From: an uncultured Actinomycetes bacterium | GTDB taxonomy: Bacteria > Chloroflexota > Dormibacteria > Dormibacterales > Dormibacteraceae | Assembly (NCBI GenBank): GCA_964559855.1 | Contig: CAZLJC010000002.1 | Coordinates: 3,900 to 67,899, forward strand | Length of the DNA: 64,000 nucleotides | Reading direction: 5' to 3' | Shown: positions 48,870-57,954 of the stretch, in pieces | How positions within the stretch are numbered: position 1 is the stretch's first letter | How the letters are laid out: each line of letters starts with the position of its first letter | Position numbers and translations under genes: made by a program | Notes under the pieces: generated by a model | What the model was told of the DNA's origin: nothing | What the model saw: only the letters and a program-made list of their open reading frames with translations | The model's database searches: none

Positions 48870-50606
48870 ATGAACGCACCGGCGGACCTCCTCTCCAGCA
48901 TCGGCATCTGCGTCGGGGCGGCCGCCCTCATCGCCGCCGTGACGTGGCGGTTCAAGCAGCCGCTGATCATCGCCTACCTGGCGACGGGCGTGATCATCGG
49001 CCCGGTCGGCCTGCGCTTCGTCACCGACCAGGCCAGCATCTCCACGGTCGCCGAGATCGGCCTGGTCCTCCTGCTATTCGTCATCGGCCTCGAGATCGAC
49101 GTGCGCAAGATGGCCTCGGGCGGCGCGGCCGTGCTCGTCACGGGCGCGCTCCAGGTCCCGATCTGCGTCGCGCTCGGGCTCGGGTTCTTCTGGGCGATCG
49201 GGTCCGAGATGCGGCCAGGCAACAGCGCGCTGCTCTATCTGGCGGCCTGCATGAGCCTTTCCAGCACTCTGGTCGTGGTCAAGATCCTCAACGACAAGTA
49301 CGAGCTGGACACGCTGCCCGGCCGGATCACGCTGGGCGTGCTGGTGATCCAGGACCTGTGGGCGGTCGTGATGCTGGCCCTGCAGCCCAACGTGCTGAAC
49401 CCCGACCTGGTCCCGCTGCTCGGCTCGCTGTGGCGCGGCGCGGTGCTCGTCGTGGGCGGGTTCGCGCTCTCCAAGTACGTCCTCCCCCACCTCTTCCGCT
49501 CAGTCGCCAAGGCGCCCGAGCTGGTGCTGGTCTCCGCGCTGGGCTGGTGCTTCTTCATGGCGGCGGCGGCCGGGCTGATCGGCCTCTCCCGAGAGATGGG
49601 CGCCCTGATCGCGGGCGTCAGCCTGTCGGCCTTCCCCTATACCGTCGACGTCGTCGCCAAGGCGGTGAGCATCCGCGACTTCTTCGTCACGCTGTTCTTC
49701 GTCTCGCTGGGGATGCAGATCACCATCCCGAGCCTGTCCGTCCTCGAGCTGGCGGCCGCGGCGTCGGCCTTCGTGATCGTCAGCCGCGTCGTCGTCGTGC
49801 CCATCCTCTACGCGTTCAGGATGGGGCTGCGCACCAGCATCGTGCCCGCCATCAACCTCGCCCAGGTGAGCGAGTTCTCCATCGTCATCGCCTCGCTCGG
49901 CGTGACCCTCAGACAGATCCACCAGGACGTGCTGACGGTGGTGATCATCACGTTCGCGGTCACGTCAGTGATCTCGACCTACATGATCAACTTCAATCAT
50001 CCGATCCAGAACGTGCTGACAGGCATCTTCAAGGCGGTCGGGCTGCGCGACCTCGACTCCGAGGCGAGGTCCTCCCTCGCGAGGGCCGAGGGCTCCCCGG
50101 TCATCCTCCTCGGCTTCTTCCGTGACACGAGCTCGATCCTCTACGAGTTCGAGCACGAGGGCGGCGTGGAGGAGTCGCGCGAGTTCATGTCCAAGATCCT
50201 GGTCATCGACTACAACCCGACGGTGATGCGCGAGCTGCGGCGCCGCGGCGTGAAGTGCGTGTACGGCGACATCGCGCACGCCGACACGCTGCGCCACGCC
50301 GGGATCGCCAACGCGCAGCTGGTCGTGTCGAGCATCACCGACGACGTGCTGCGCGGCACGAGCAACCTGCGCCTCATGAGGAGCATCCAGAACGCCGCGC
50401 CCAACGCGCGCGTCGTGCTCACGACCGATCACATCCCGCAGGCGCTCAAGTTCTACGAGGAGGGCGCGGACTTCGTCTTCATCCCCCGCCTCTACTCGGC
50501 CGCGGCCTGCGCGCGCATCCTGCGCAAGGGGCTCGCCGGAGGCTTCGAGGAGGTGCGCTCACAGGCCATCGACCACCTCTCGCGCCGGCAGGAAGTCCTG
50601 GCCTGA
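48870..50606 (+). CDS. CPA2-family cation:proton antiporter with a C-terminal RCK/TrkA-N domain (KefB/KefC-like)
   Basis: …YLATGVIIGP…EIGLVLLLFVIGLE…, then …ILVIDYNP…GDIAHADTLRHAGI…. Confidence 0.82.
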   Translation: MNAPADLLSSIGICVGAAALIAAVTWRFKQPLIIAYLATGVIIGPVGLRFVTDQASISTVAEIGLVLLLFVIGLEIDVRKMASGGAAVLVTGALQVPICVALGLGFFWAIGSEMRPGNSALLYLAACMSLSSTLVVVKILNDKYELDTLPGRITLGVLVIQDLWAVVMLALQPNVLNPDLVPLLGSLWRGAVLVVGGFALSKYVLPHLFRSVAKAPELVLVSALGWCFFMAAAAGLIGLSREMGALIAGVSLSAFPYTVDVVAKAVSIRDFFVTLFFVSLGMQITIPSLSVLELAAAASAFVIVSRVVVVPILYAFRMGLRTSIVPAINLAQVSEFSIVIASLGVTLRQIHQDVLTVVIITFAVTSVISTYMINFNHPIQNVLTGIFKAVGLRDLDSEARSSLARAEGSPVILLGFFRDTSSILYEFEHEGGVEESREFMSKILVIDYNPTVMRELRRRGVKCVYGDIAHADTLRHAGIANAQLVVSSITDDVLRGTSNLRLMRSIQNAAPNARVVLTTDHIPQALKFYEEGADFVFIPRLYSAAACARILRKGLAGGFEEVRSQAIDHLSRRQEVLA

Positions 50607-50631
50607 ACCGGACCACCCAGCACCCGCACCC

Positions 50632-50651
50632 CCGCCCGGTCTCCCGGGTGG
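50632..50651 (+). terminator. possible stem-loop terminator after the antiporter gene (CCGCCCGG-tctc-CCGGGTGG)
   Basis: 8-bp stem with one G-U pair, 26 nt after the stop, followed by ctggatttc. There is no strong U-tract. Confidence 0.3.
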
Positions 50652-50653
50652 CT

Positions 50654-50757
50654 GGATTTCGCGCGTTTTGCGCCAAACGAGCCAAATCCCGCGCGAATTG
50701 TGCGCGTTTTGCGCCAAGCGAGCAAAAAAAGCGGTCAGATTCTGTGAGCCTTTCGGC
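50654..50757 (+). repeat. Repeat locus D: two repeat units plus a terminal module (…CAGATTCTGTGAGCCTTTCGGCC) abutting the response-regulator stop codon
   Basis: gatttcgcgcgttttgcgccaaacgagccaaatcccgcgc / gaattgtgcgcgttttgcgccaagcgagcaaaaaaagcgg / tcagattctgtgagcctttcggcc. Confidence 0.88.
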
Positions 50758-51441
50758 CTAGCCGGACTCCAGGCGGTAGCCCACCCCCGGCTCGTTGACG
50801 ATGTAGCGCGGGTTGGCCGGGTCGTCGCCCAGCTTCTTGCGGATCTGCGCCACCACATAGCGGGTGTTGTACTTGTCGCCGACGGCGTAGTCGCCCCACA
50901 CGTGCCGGAGCAGCGTGGTGTGCGTCACCGGCTTCCCGGCGTTGAGCGCGAGGTAGCGCAGCAGCTCGTACTCGGTGGGCGTCAGCCGGACGGGCCGGCC
51001 CTGCACGGTGACCGCTCGGCGCGCCAGGTCGATCTCGATATCGCCGCACGTGACGACGGGCTCGCCTGACGGCACGTCGGCCTGCCGCCGCAGCACCGCC
51101 CGGATCCGCGCCACCAGCTCTTCCGTGCCGAACGGCTTGACCACGTAGTCGTCGGCGCCCGCGTCGAGCGCGCGCACCTTGTCCTTCTCTCCGGGCATGA
51201 CGCTGACCACGATCACCGCCGCGCGGGTCGACGGGCGGAGCGCCCGCAGCGTGTCGAAGCCGTCCCGTCCCGGCAGGCCCAGGTCGAGCAGGATCACGTC
51301 CGGCCGCCACTGCGCCGCCTCCCGCAGCGCCTCGTCGCCGTCTCCCGCGACATGCACGTCGAAGTCGTGATACCGCAGGCCCGCGCGCAGCGCGCGCTGC
51401 ATCTCCACCTCGTCCTCTACGACGAGCACGCGCCCGCTCAC
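50758..51441 (-). CDS. OmpR/KdpE-like response regulator
   Basis: …VLVVEDE…ILLDLGLPG…DDYVVKPF…LTPTEYELL…. Confidence 0.9.
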   Translation of the reverse strand: MSGRVLVVEDEVEMQRALRAGLRYHDFDVHVAGDGDEALREAAQWRPDVILLDLGLPGRDGFDTLRALRPSTRAAVIVVSVMPGEKDKVRALDAGADDYVVKPFGTEELVARIRAVLRRQADVPSGEPVVTCGDIEIDLARRAVTVQGRPVRLTPTEYELLRYLALNAGKPVTHTTLLRHVWGDYAVGDKYNTRYVVAQIRKKLGDDPANPRYIVNEPGVGYRLESG

Positions 51442-52913
51442 CGCTCGGCCGCCACCGCCGCCACCGGCAGCGTGAAGGTGAAGCGAGGCCCGCGCCGCCG
51501 GTTCTCGACCGCGATCGTCCCGCCGTGGGCTTCGACCACGCGCCGGCAGATCGCCAGGCCGAGCCCGGTGCCCCTGGTGCGCCGGGTCCAGAAGGTGTCG
51601 AAGACGCGGTCCAGGTCATCGGGCGGGATGGCGGGGCCCGCGTTCTCGACCCACGCCTCGAGCTGCCCCAGGCGCTCGCGCGCGCCCAGCTCGATCACCC
51701 CGTGGGGCGGCGTCCACTCGAGCGCGTTCTCCACCAGGTTGGTGATCACCCGGTCGACCTGCACCTCGTCGACCTCGACCGGCGGCAGGTCGTCCGGGAT
51801 CGCCAGCACCAGGTCGTGCTCCTTCAGCTGCGGCCGTAGGCGGCGAAGCGCTCCGCTCACCAGGTCCGCGAAGCCGTGCGGCTCGCGGTCGAGCGCAACC
51901 CCGGCCTCGAGCCGGGACAGCGTGAGCATATCGCCCACCATGCGGTCCAGGCGCGTCGCCTGCCGGTCGAGGTCACCCAGGAGCTCACGCTGGTCCTCGG
52001 CCAGTCCCGCCTGGGGCGACTTCAGCGCCGTCAGGCCGGCGCGGAGCGACGCGATGGGGCTCTTGAGCTCATGCGAGAGCGAGGACAGGATGGCGGCCTT
52101 CAGCCGGTCGGACGCCTCCAGGCCCCTCGCGCGCTCGGTTTCGAGCGAGGCCCTCCGCCGGTCCAGCAGGAGGCCGGCCAGCCCTATCAGCGCGGCCAGC
52201 CGGCGCAGCTCGTCAGGGTCGCGCCGGTCGCGCTCGAACCCGGCCACGACGACGCCGTTCGCGAGCGGCAGGTAGGTCGGCGGCGCCGGTTCGCCGCTCG
52301 ACCGGATGACCTTGACCCGGCCGTCGCGGATGAGCATCCCGATGGAGCGGCCGTTCTCGTGCGACCACGCCGCCTGGCGCAGCTCCTCGTCGCCCAGCTC
52401 GTCGCCCGCCAGCAGCGCGGGCCGGCCCGAATCGATCGCCACCAGCGCGAAACGGCGGATCGACCCCAGGCGGGCGGCCGCGCCCGCGACCAGCTGGAGG
52501 GCCGCGGCGACCTCGGACGTCCGCAGCACCGCGGTCGCCAGCTCGTACAGCGTGCGCGAGTCGGCCGCGACGGCTTCGGCGCTCGCCTGGGCGCGCCGCA
52601 GCGAGGCCGCGAGCTGGCTCGTGACCAGCGCCACGGCGAGCAGCACCACGAGCTCGACCAGCTGCCCCGGACCGCTGACCCGGAACGTGCCGACGGGCGG
52701 GACGAGGAAGTAGTCGTAGAGCAGGAAGGCCGCGACGCTGCCCGCCACGGCGGGCCCGCGGCCCCACCGCGCCGCCAGCCAGAGCACCAGGAGCAGGTAC
52801 ACCGCCGAAAGCCCGCTCACCGAGCCGATCGCGTTGACCGCGGCCAGCCCCGCGGTGATCAGGGCGGCGCCGCCGGCCGCGACCGCGTAGGGGGCCGCCC
52901 GGCGCGCGGTCAT
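51438..52913 (-). CDS. sensor histidine kinase of the KdpD C-terminal type (DUF4118 membrane domain + GAF-like + HisKA + HATPase), lacking the KdpD N-terminal/Usp domains
   Basis: From MTARRAAPYAV (ATG 52913): …YDYFLVPPVGTF…; H-box SSLSHELKSPI; …GTGLGLAI…. Confidence 0.82.
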   Translation of the reverse strand: MTARRAAPYAVAAGGAALITAGLAAVNAIGSVSGLSAVYLLLVLWLAARWGRGPAVAGSVAAFLLYDYFLVPPVGTFRVSGPGQLVELVVLLAVALVTSQLAASLRRAQASAEAVAADSRTLYELATAVLRTSEVAAALQLVAGAAARLGSIRRFALVAIDSGRPALLAGDELGDEELRQAAWSHENGRSIGMLIRDGRVKVIRSSGEPAPPTYLPLANGVVVAGFERDRRDPDELRRLAALIGLAGLLLDRRRASLETERARGLEASDRLKAAILSSLSHELKSPIASLRAGLTALKSPQAGLAEDQRELLGDLDRQATRLDRMVGDMLTLSRLEAGVALDREPHGFADLVSGALRRLRPQLKEHDLVLAIPDDLPPVEVDEVQVDRVITNLVENALEWTPPHGVIELGARERLGQLEAWVENAGPAIPPDDLDRVFDTFWTRRTRGTGLGLAICRRVVEAHGGTIAVENRRRGPRFTFTLPVAAVAAER

Positions 52914-53962
52914 CTCGACTCCGGCGGGGCCACCCATCGCACCGCCGTGCCATGCGCCCCGCTCGTCCCGAGCAGCTCGCCGTCGAGCCGGATCTCCCAT
53001 GTCTCCTCGCCCGGCTCCATCGCCAGGTGGTGAACGGGTGACGAGCCCGGGTCCGCCTCGCGGGCCGCCGCCAGCGCCGCCGCGATCCGCTCCCTCGACG
53101 CCTGGTCGACGTACTGCAGGAAGACCGAGTGATACACCACGGTGGTCACGCCCGGACACGGCCGCGCCAGCTCTCGCTCCAGGAATTCCGCGGCCCCGAT
53201 CCGCTCCACGTGCCCCGGCTCGGCGCGCGCGATCTCGATCGCGCCGTCCAGCTGCGCCAGCCGGCCCAGCTGGTCCGGCCACACGAACGAGCGCAGCGTC
53301 AGGGCGCCCTCCTCGGTGGTGGGATCGATGGGGTTGAGGTCGCATCCCCTGCGCTCCACGACCGTCGCCGGCCGGTTCAGGGGCGGCGGCACTTCGAACG
53401 CGTGCCTGAACCGCACGGGGGAGGCCGCGTCCCCCCATGCCCCGCGCGGCGACTCGTAGCGGAAGCGGTCCCACAGCAGGTTGAGCCCGGCGCTGGCCCC
53501 GAGCTCCAGGATGCGCAGCTCGCGCCGCGTCCGGTGCGCCGCCTCGAGGAAGCCGCCGAGCAGCGCCGCGCTCCGGCCGACCTCGTTGGTCTGGCATCCC
53601 CGGCGCACGATCGTCCGCAGCTCCGCCGCCCGCTCGACCAGGGCATTGCGGAACGCCGGCCACGCCGCCTCGGCGTCGCCGTCACCGCCGGTCGAGGGGT
53701 AGCGCGCCGCCAGCTCGGGGAGCGATTCGTCGAGCACCAGGCGGTGCACCGCGCCCATGAACCGCAGCGCGAGCGCCGTGCTGCCCGGCTCGTCCCGGAA
53801 CTCCCCGAGCACGCCCACCGCCGCGCCGCCGGACTCGAGGTCGTCCGCCGCCCGCTCCAGCAGCGCGCTGTAGAAGGGCGAGCCCAGCTGGTGGCACCAC
53901 GCCGCCTGGCGGCGCAGACGCCGGACGGTCGGGTCGGTCAGGGCCTCAGGCTGCTCCGGCAA
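52910..53962 (-). CDS. DUF2332-like protein (uncharacterised; methyltransferase-like fold suspected)
   Basis: 350 aa: …GSPFYSALLERAADD…LRFMGAVHRLVL…ILELGASAGLNL…. The family call is from memory of the pattern only. Confidence 0.5.
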   Translation of the reverse strand: MPEQPEALTDPTVRRLRRQAAWCHQLGSPFYSALLERAADDLESGGAAVGVLGEFRDEPGSTALALRFMGAVHRLVLDESLPELAARYPSTGGDGDAEAAWPAFRNALVERAAELRTIVRRGCQTNEVGRSAALLGGFLEAAHRTRRELRILELGASAGLNLLWDRFRYESPRGAWGDAASPVRFRHAFEVPPPLNRPATVVERRGCDLNPIDPTTEEGALTLRSFVWPDQLGRLAQLDGAIEIARAEPGHVERIGAAEFLERELARPCPGVTTVVYHSVFLQYVDQASRERIAAALAAAREADPGSSPVHHLAMEPGEETWEIRLDGELLGTSGAHGTAVRWVAPPESR

Positions 53963-54905
53963 GCTCGAGCTCCCTGGCGCGGTTGGCGTATCCGGGATGC
54001 GAGGGATGGGCGACGCGGTACCAGGCCAGCGTCTCGGCCAGCGCGTCCTCCATCGCCGACGGCTCGAAGCCGAGCTCCCGCCGCGCGCGGTCGATCACGA
54101 TCCCGGCCGGCCGCCGCGGATCGGGCCCGTACGGGCTCGCGTCCGCCGGCAGCTCGGCGAACGGGACCGGGTGCAGCCTGGCCGGCCTGCCCAGCGCCCG
54201 CGCGATCCCCTCGATCAGCGCGCGCAGCGTCAGGTCCTCGAAGCCGGCGTTGTAAGCGCGGTGGGCCGCCGGCTTGCGCGGGTCGCAGGCGAGGGCGCAC
54301 GCGTAGCCGGCGTCCTTCACCCACGCCAGGCCGGGCGATCGCTCGTACGTCTCGTGCGGAACCAGCAGCGGCCCGCCGTCCGCCACGCGCTCGATGTACG
54401 CCACGATGCGCATGCTGTGGTCGCCCGGCCCGAACACCGCCGGCGGTCGCACGACGGTCCAGGGGAGGTCCGCATGGCGCGCCAGCACCGTCTCGCACCA
54501 GCGCTTGCCCTCGACGTAGTCCAGCTCGCCGGCGGGCACGTCTCCCTCCAGCGGGATGAAGTCCTCCTCGCGCGCTGGCCTGCCCGCGAGGTCGGGCGCG
54601 ACGTCCGGATACACGCGCCGCGTCGACAGGAAGACGTAGCGCTCGCCCTTGAAGTGACGGGCGACGGCCTGCACCTCGGCCGGCTGGAACGCGGCGAGGT
54701 CGAGCACCACGTCGGGCTCGGTCCGCTCCAGCGCGCGCTTCAGCTCCGCCTCGTCCATCCGGTCGAAGGCGAGATAGCTGGTGAAGGTGCCGTAAGGCCT
54801 CTCCTTGCGGCCCGCCGCGATCGTCTCCACGCCGCGGCGCATCAGCTCCTTGCAGGCGGCCGCTCCGATGAATCCCGCGCCACCCAGGACCAGGGCCCTC
54901 GTCAT
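53946..54905 (-). CDS. NAD-dependent epimerase/dehydratase family protein
   Basis: MTRALVLGGAGFIGAAACKEL…; 319 aa. Confidence 0.82.
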   Translation of the reverse strand: MTRALVLGGAGFIGAAACKELMRRGVETIAAGRKERPYGTFTSYLAFDRMDEAELKRALERTEPDVVLDLAAFQPAEVQAVARHFKGERYVFLSTRRVYPDVAPDLAGRPAREEDFIPLEGDVPAGELDYVEGKRWCETVLARHADLPWTVVRPPAVFGPGDHSMRIVAYIERVADGGPLLVPHETYERSPGLAWVKDAGYACALACDPRKPAAHRAYNAGFEDLTLRALIEGIARALGRPARLHPVPFAELPADASPYGPDPRRPAGIVIDRARRELGFEPSAMEDALAETLAWYRVAHPSHPGYANRARELELAGAA

Positions 54906-54910
54906 CGCGT

Positions 54911-55588
54911 CTACTCGATATCGCGGGTCACGAAGTCCACGTCGAATCCGTCCCGCTCGTCGAGCCGCCGCGCCAGCTCGGACGCGAGCACCACCGATCG
55001 GTGACGGCCTCCGGTGCACCCGAACGCCACGACGATGTGCATCCGGCCCTTCTCCTGGTAGAGGGGTACGAGCTCCGTGACCATGCGCTCCATATCGTCG
55101 AGCAGGCGCCGCGCCGCGGGCTGCTTGAGCACGAAGTCCGCGACGTCCGGATCGCGCCCGGTGAGGTCGCGCAGCTCCGGCACCCAGTACGGGTTGTCGA
55201 GGAACCTGGCGTCGATCAGCAGCGCCGCCTCGGACGGCGCGCCGTTCTTGTACGCGAAGGCGAGGCAGGTCACGAGCGGGCGATCGCGACCCCGGAGGTG
55301 CCGCGCCAGCTCCTCGCGCTGCGGGGCGTCGATCCGGTGGTGCGCCCGCTCGTAGGTGCCGCCGGGCGCGCCGTCGTCGGCTCCGTCGTGGACGAGCACG
55401 TACTTGATGCCGCGCCGGTCGGCCTCGCGCAGCAGCTCGGCCGCCCCGCCGCCGGCCAGGGGCAGCACCAGGTCGCTGTCGCCCAGGCCGCCGAGCTCCG
55501 CGATGCGCTGGAAGCCCTCCGACTCGAACGCGGCCGCCGCCTCCGCCGCGCGCTCCGCCGACGCGGCGCCGACGATCACCAGGTTCAA
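54911..55588 (-). CDS. rapZ: RapZ-like protein with a shortened N-terminal domain and a degenerate Walker A
   Basis: The C-terminal domain is conserved (…DARFLDNPYW…VAFGCTGGRHRSV…). The N-terminus reads VIVGAASAERAAEA where RapZ has G.SGSGKS. Confidence 0.75.
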   Translation of the reverse strand: MNLVIVGAASAERAAEAAAAFESEGFQRIAELGGLGDSDLVLPLAGGGAAELLREADRRGIKYVLVHDGADDGAPGGTYERAHHRIDAPQREELARHLRGRDRPLVTCLAFAYKNGAPSEAALLIDARFLDNPYWVPELRDLTGRDPDVADFVLKQPAARRLLDDMERMVTELVPLYQEKGRMHIVVAFGCTGGRHRSVVLASELARRLDERDGFDVDFVTRDIE

Positions 55589-57435
55589 AGCGTCTCTTTC
55601 AACCGGACGGCGAGCCGCTCCGGGATACCCAGCTTCACGATCTCCTCCACCGGCGCCTCGCGAATCGCCTGCACCGAGCCGAAGTGTCGCAGCAGCGCGC
55701 GCTTGCGCGCCGGTCCGATGCCCTCGACCGAGTCGAGCGGCGACGTCAACGCCTTGCGCGACCGCACCTTGCGGTGGTGCGTGATGGCGAAGCGGTGCGC
55801 CTCGTCGCGAATGCGCTGCACGAGGAACAGGCCCGGCGAGTTGCGCTCCTGCACGATCGGCTCTGCCCGGCCCGGCGCGAAGATCTCCTCCCGCTCCTTG
55901 GCCAGGGCGAAGGTCGGGATGTCGGCGTAGCCGGCCGACTCCACCACCTCGAGCGCGGCGCTCAGCTGCCCCTTGCCGCCGTCGATCAGGATCAGGTCCG
56001 GCCGGCTGGTGAACGAGCGGTCGCCCACGGCCTCCGACTCCTCGCGGCGCTGGGCGGACTCGAGCCGCTCGAGGCGGCGGCTCAGCACCTCCTGCAGCAT
56101 CGCGAAGTCATTCGGCCCCGGCACGTACCGGATCCGGAAGTGGCGGTAGTGATCGGTGCGGGGGCGCCCGTCCTCGAACACCACCATCGCTCCGACGGCG
56201 GAGTCGCCCTGGATGTTCGAGATGTCGTAGCACTCGATCCGCCGGGGCGGAGTCTCCAGGTCGAGCGCCTCGGCCAGGGCGGCCAGCATCGGCTCCGTGC
56301 GGCTGCGGTCGTAGTCCGCCTGGATGCGGAGCTGCTCGAGCTCCTGGGCGGCCGTCTCGGCGAGCTGCGTCACCAGGCCGCGCTTGCGCCCTCGCCGCGG
56401 CACCTCGATGGTCACGGGGCCGCCGCGCCTCTCGCTCAGCCAGCCCGCCATCAGGTCGGGCTCGTCCACCGCGCCGGGCACGACCACCGACCGCGGGACG
56501 TGGGTCGCGCTCGAGTAGTACTGCGCCAGGAAGCCACGCAGCAGCTCGGCCTCGGTCGCGTCGCTCGCGCCGTCCAGCGCGTGGCCGTCGTGCCCCACCA
56601 TCTTGCCCTGGCGCACGTAGGCCACCTCGACGTACACGTCGCCGGCGCTGCGGGCGTACGCGATGATGTCCTGGTCGTCGCGGCCTCGGGTCAGCACCTT
56701 CTGGCGGTCGGCGATGCGCTCGATCGACTGCAGCTGATCGCGGTAGCGGGCGGCGTTCTCGAAGTCGAGCCGGTCCGCAGCGGAGTCCATGCGATTGCGC
56801 AGCTCGCGGCCGAGCAGGTCGGAGCGGCCCTCCATGAACAGCGCGACCTCGTTGATCCGAGCCCGGTAGTCCTCAGGGCTGATCCGCGCCTCGCACGGCC
56901 CGGGGCAGCGGCGGATGTGAAAGTCGAGGCACACCTTGTGCTGGCGGAAGATCTCGTCCGAGCAGGTCCGGAACGGCAGCAGCTGCCGGATCGATTTCAC
57001 GGTCGAGCGCAGCGACTGCGCCGAGGTGTACGGCCCGAAGTAGAGGGCGCCGTCCTTCAGCACCCGGCGCGAGTAGTGCACGCGCGGGAACTCCTCCGTC
57101 ACCGGCAGCTTCAGGTAGAGGTAGTTCTTGTCGTCCTTCAGCCGGATGTTGAAGCGCGGCCGGTAGTTCTTGATCAGGTTGTTCTCGAGGACCAGCGCCT
57201 CGACCTCGTTGGCCGTGGTCACGAACTCGAAGTCCACCGCCCGCTGCATGAGCTCGGCGATCCGGCCCGCCTCGGCGTACCCGGGCGTGAAGTAGGAGCG
57301 CAGGCGGTCGCGCAGGCGCAGGGCCTTGCCGACGTAGATCACCTGCATCTTCCGGTCCCGGAACAGGTAGACGCCCGGCGTGTCGGGCACGGCCTGCAGC
57401 CGCCGCCTGACCGTCTCTTCCAGAGTCGCCGCCAT
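55585..57435 (-). CDS. uvrC: excinuclease ABC subunit C
   Basis: From MAATLEETV (ATG 57435): GIY-YIG …PGVYLFRD…VIYVGKA…; C-terminal HhH …GIGPARKRALL…. Confidence 0.93.
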   Translation of the reverse strand: MAATLEETVRRRLQAVPDTPGVYLFRDRKMQVIYVGKALRLRDRLRSYFTPGYAEAGRIAELMQRAVDFEFVTTANEVEALVLENNLIKNYRPRFNIRLKDDKNYLYLKLPVTEEFPRVHYSRRVLKDGALYFGPYTSAQSLRSTVKSIRQLLPFRTCSDEIFRQHKVCLDFHIRRCPGPCEARISPEDYRARINEVALFMEGRSDLLGRELRNRMDSAADRLDFENAARYRDQLQSIERIADRQKVLTRGRDDQDIIAYARSAGDVYVEVAYVRQGKMVGHDGHALDGASDATEAELLRGFLAQYYSSATHVPRSVVVPGAVDEPDLMAGWLSERRGGPVTIEVPRRGRKRGLVTQLAETAAQELEQLRIQADYDRSRTEPMLAALAEALDLETPPRRIECYDISNIQGDSAVGAMVVFEDGRPRTDHYRHFRIRYVPGPNDFAMLQEVLSRRLERLESAQRREESEAVGDRSFTSRPDLILIDGGKGQLSAALEVVESAGYADIPTFALAKEREEIFAPGRAEPIVQERNSPGLFLVQRIRDEAHRFAITHHRKVRSRKALTSPLDSVEGIGPARKRALLRHFGSVQAIREAPVEEIVKLGIPERLAVRLKETL

Positions 57436-57472
57436 TCCATCGCGATTGTAGGAACCGCTTAAACTCTCGCCC

Positions 57473-57937
57473 GTGAGCTCAACCCCAGGCCAGGTTCCGC
57501 CGCCGCCTCCTCCGGTCCCGGAGCCGGCTTCGCCGACTCGGATCGCCGGCCAGGAATCGGCGCCCGCGACGGCGGTGCCGCACACGCCGGGCCTCATGTC
57601 TCCCTCCCCTTCGGGGACGCAGACCAACAGCCTCGCCATCGTGAGCATCGTGGCGGCGTTCGGCTCGTTCTTCGCCCACATCATCCCGGGGCTCGGAGGC
57701 GCGACGGTGGCCGTGATCGCCATCGTCACCGGCTTCATGGCCCGGAATCAGATCAGGCAGACCGGGGAGCAGGGCATGGCGCTGGCGACCATCGGCATCG
57801 TGGTCGGCATCATCCACCTCGTCCTGATACTCGTCCTGGTGCTGGTCGTGCTCTTCGTGATCTTCGTGCTCGGGGTCGCGCTCTTCGGCATCGCGGCCCA
57901 CGGAGGCTCCGCCCCGTCCCCCGTGCCGAGCGGCTAG
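57473..57937 (+). CDS. DUF4190-like membrane protein with a Pro-rich N-terminus
   Basis: …NSLAIVSIVAAFGSFF…AVIAIVTGFMARNQI…; GTG start. Confidence 0.6.
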   Translation: MSSTPGQVPPPPPPVPEPASPTRIAGQESAPATAVPHTPGLMSPSPSGTQTNSLAIVSIVAAFGSFFAHIIPGLGGATVAVIAIVTGFMARNQIRQTGEQGMALATIGIVVGIIHLVLILVLVLVVLFVIFVLGVALFGIAAHGGSAPSPVPSG

Positions 57938-57954
57938 GCGAGCGCCTCACCGCC

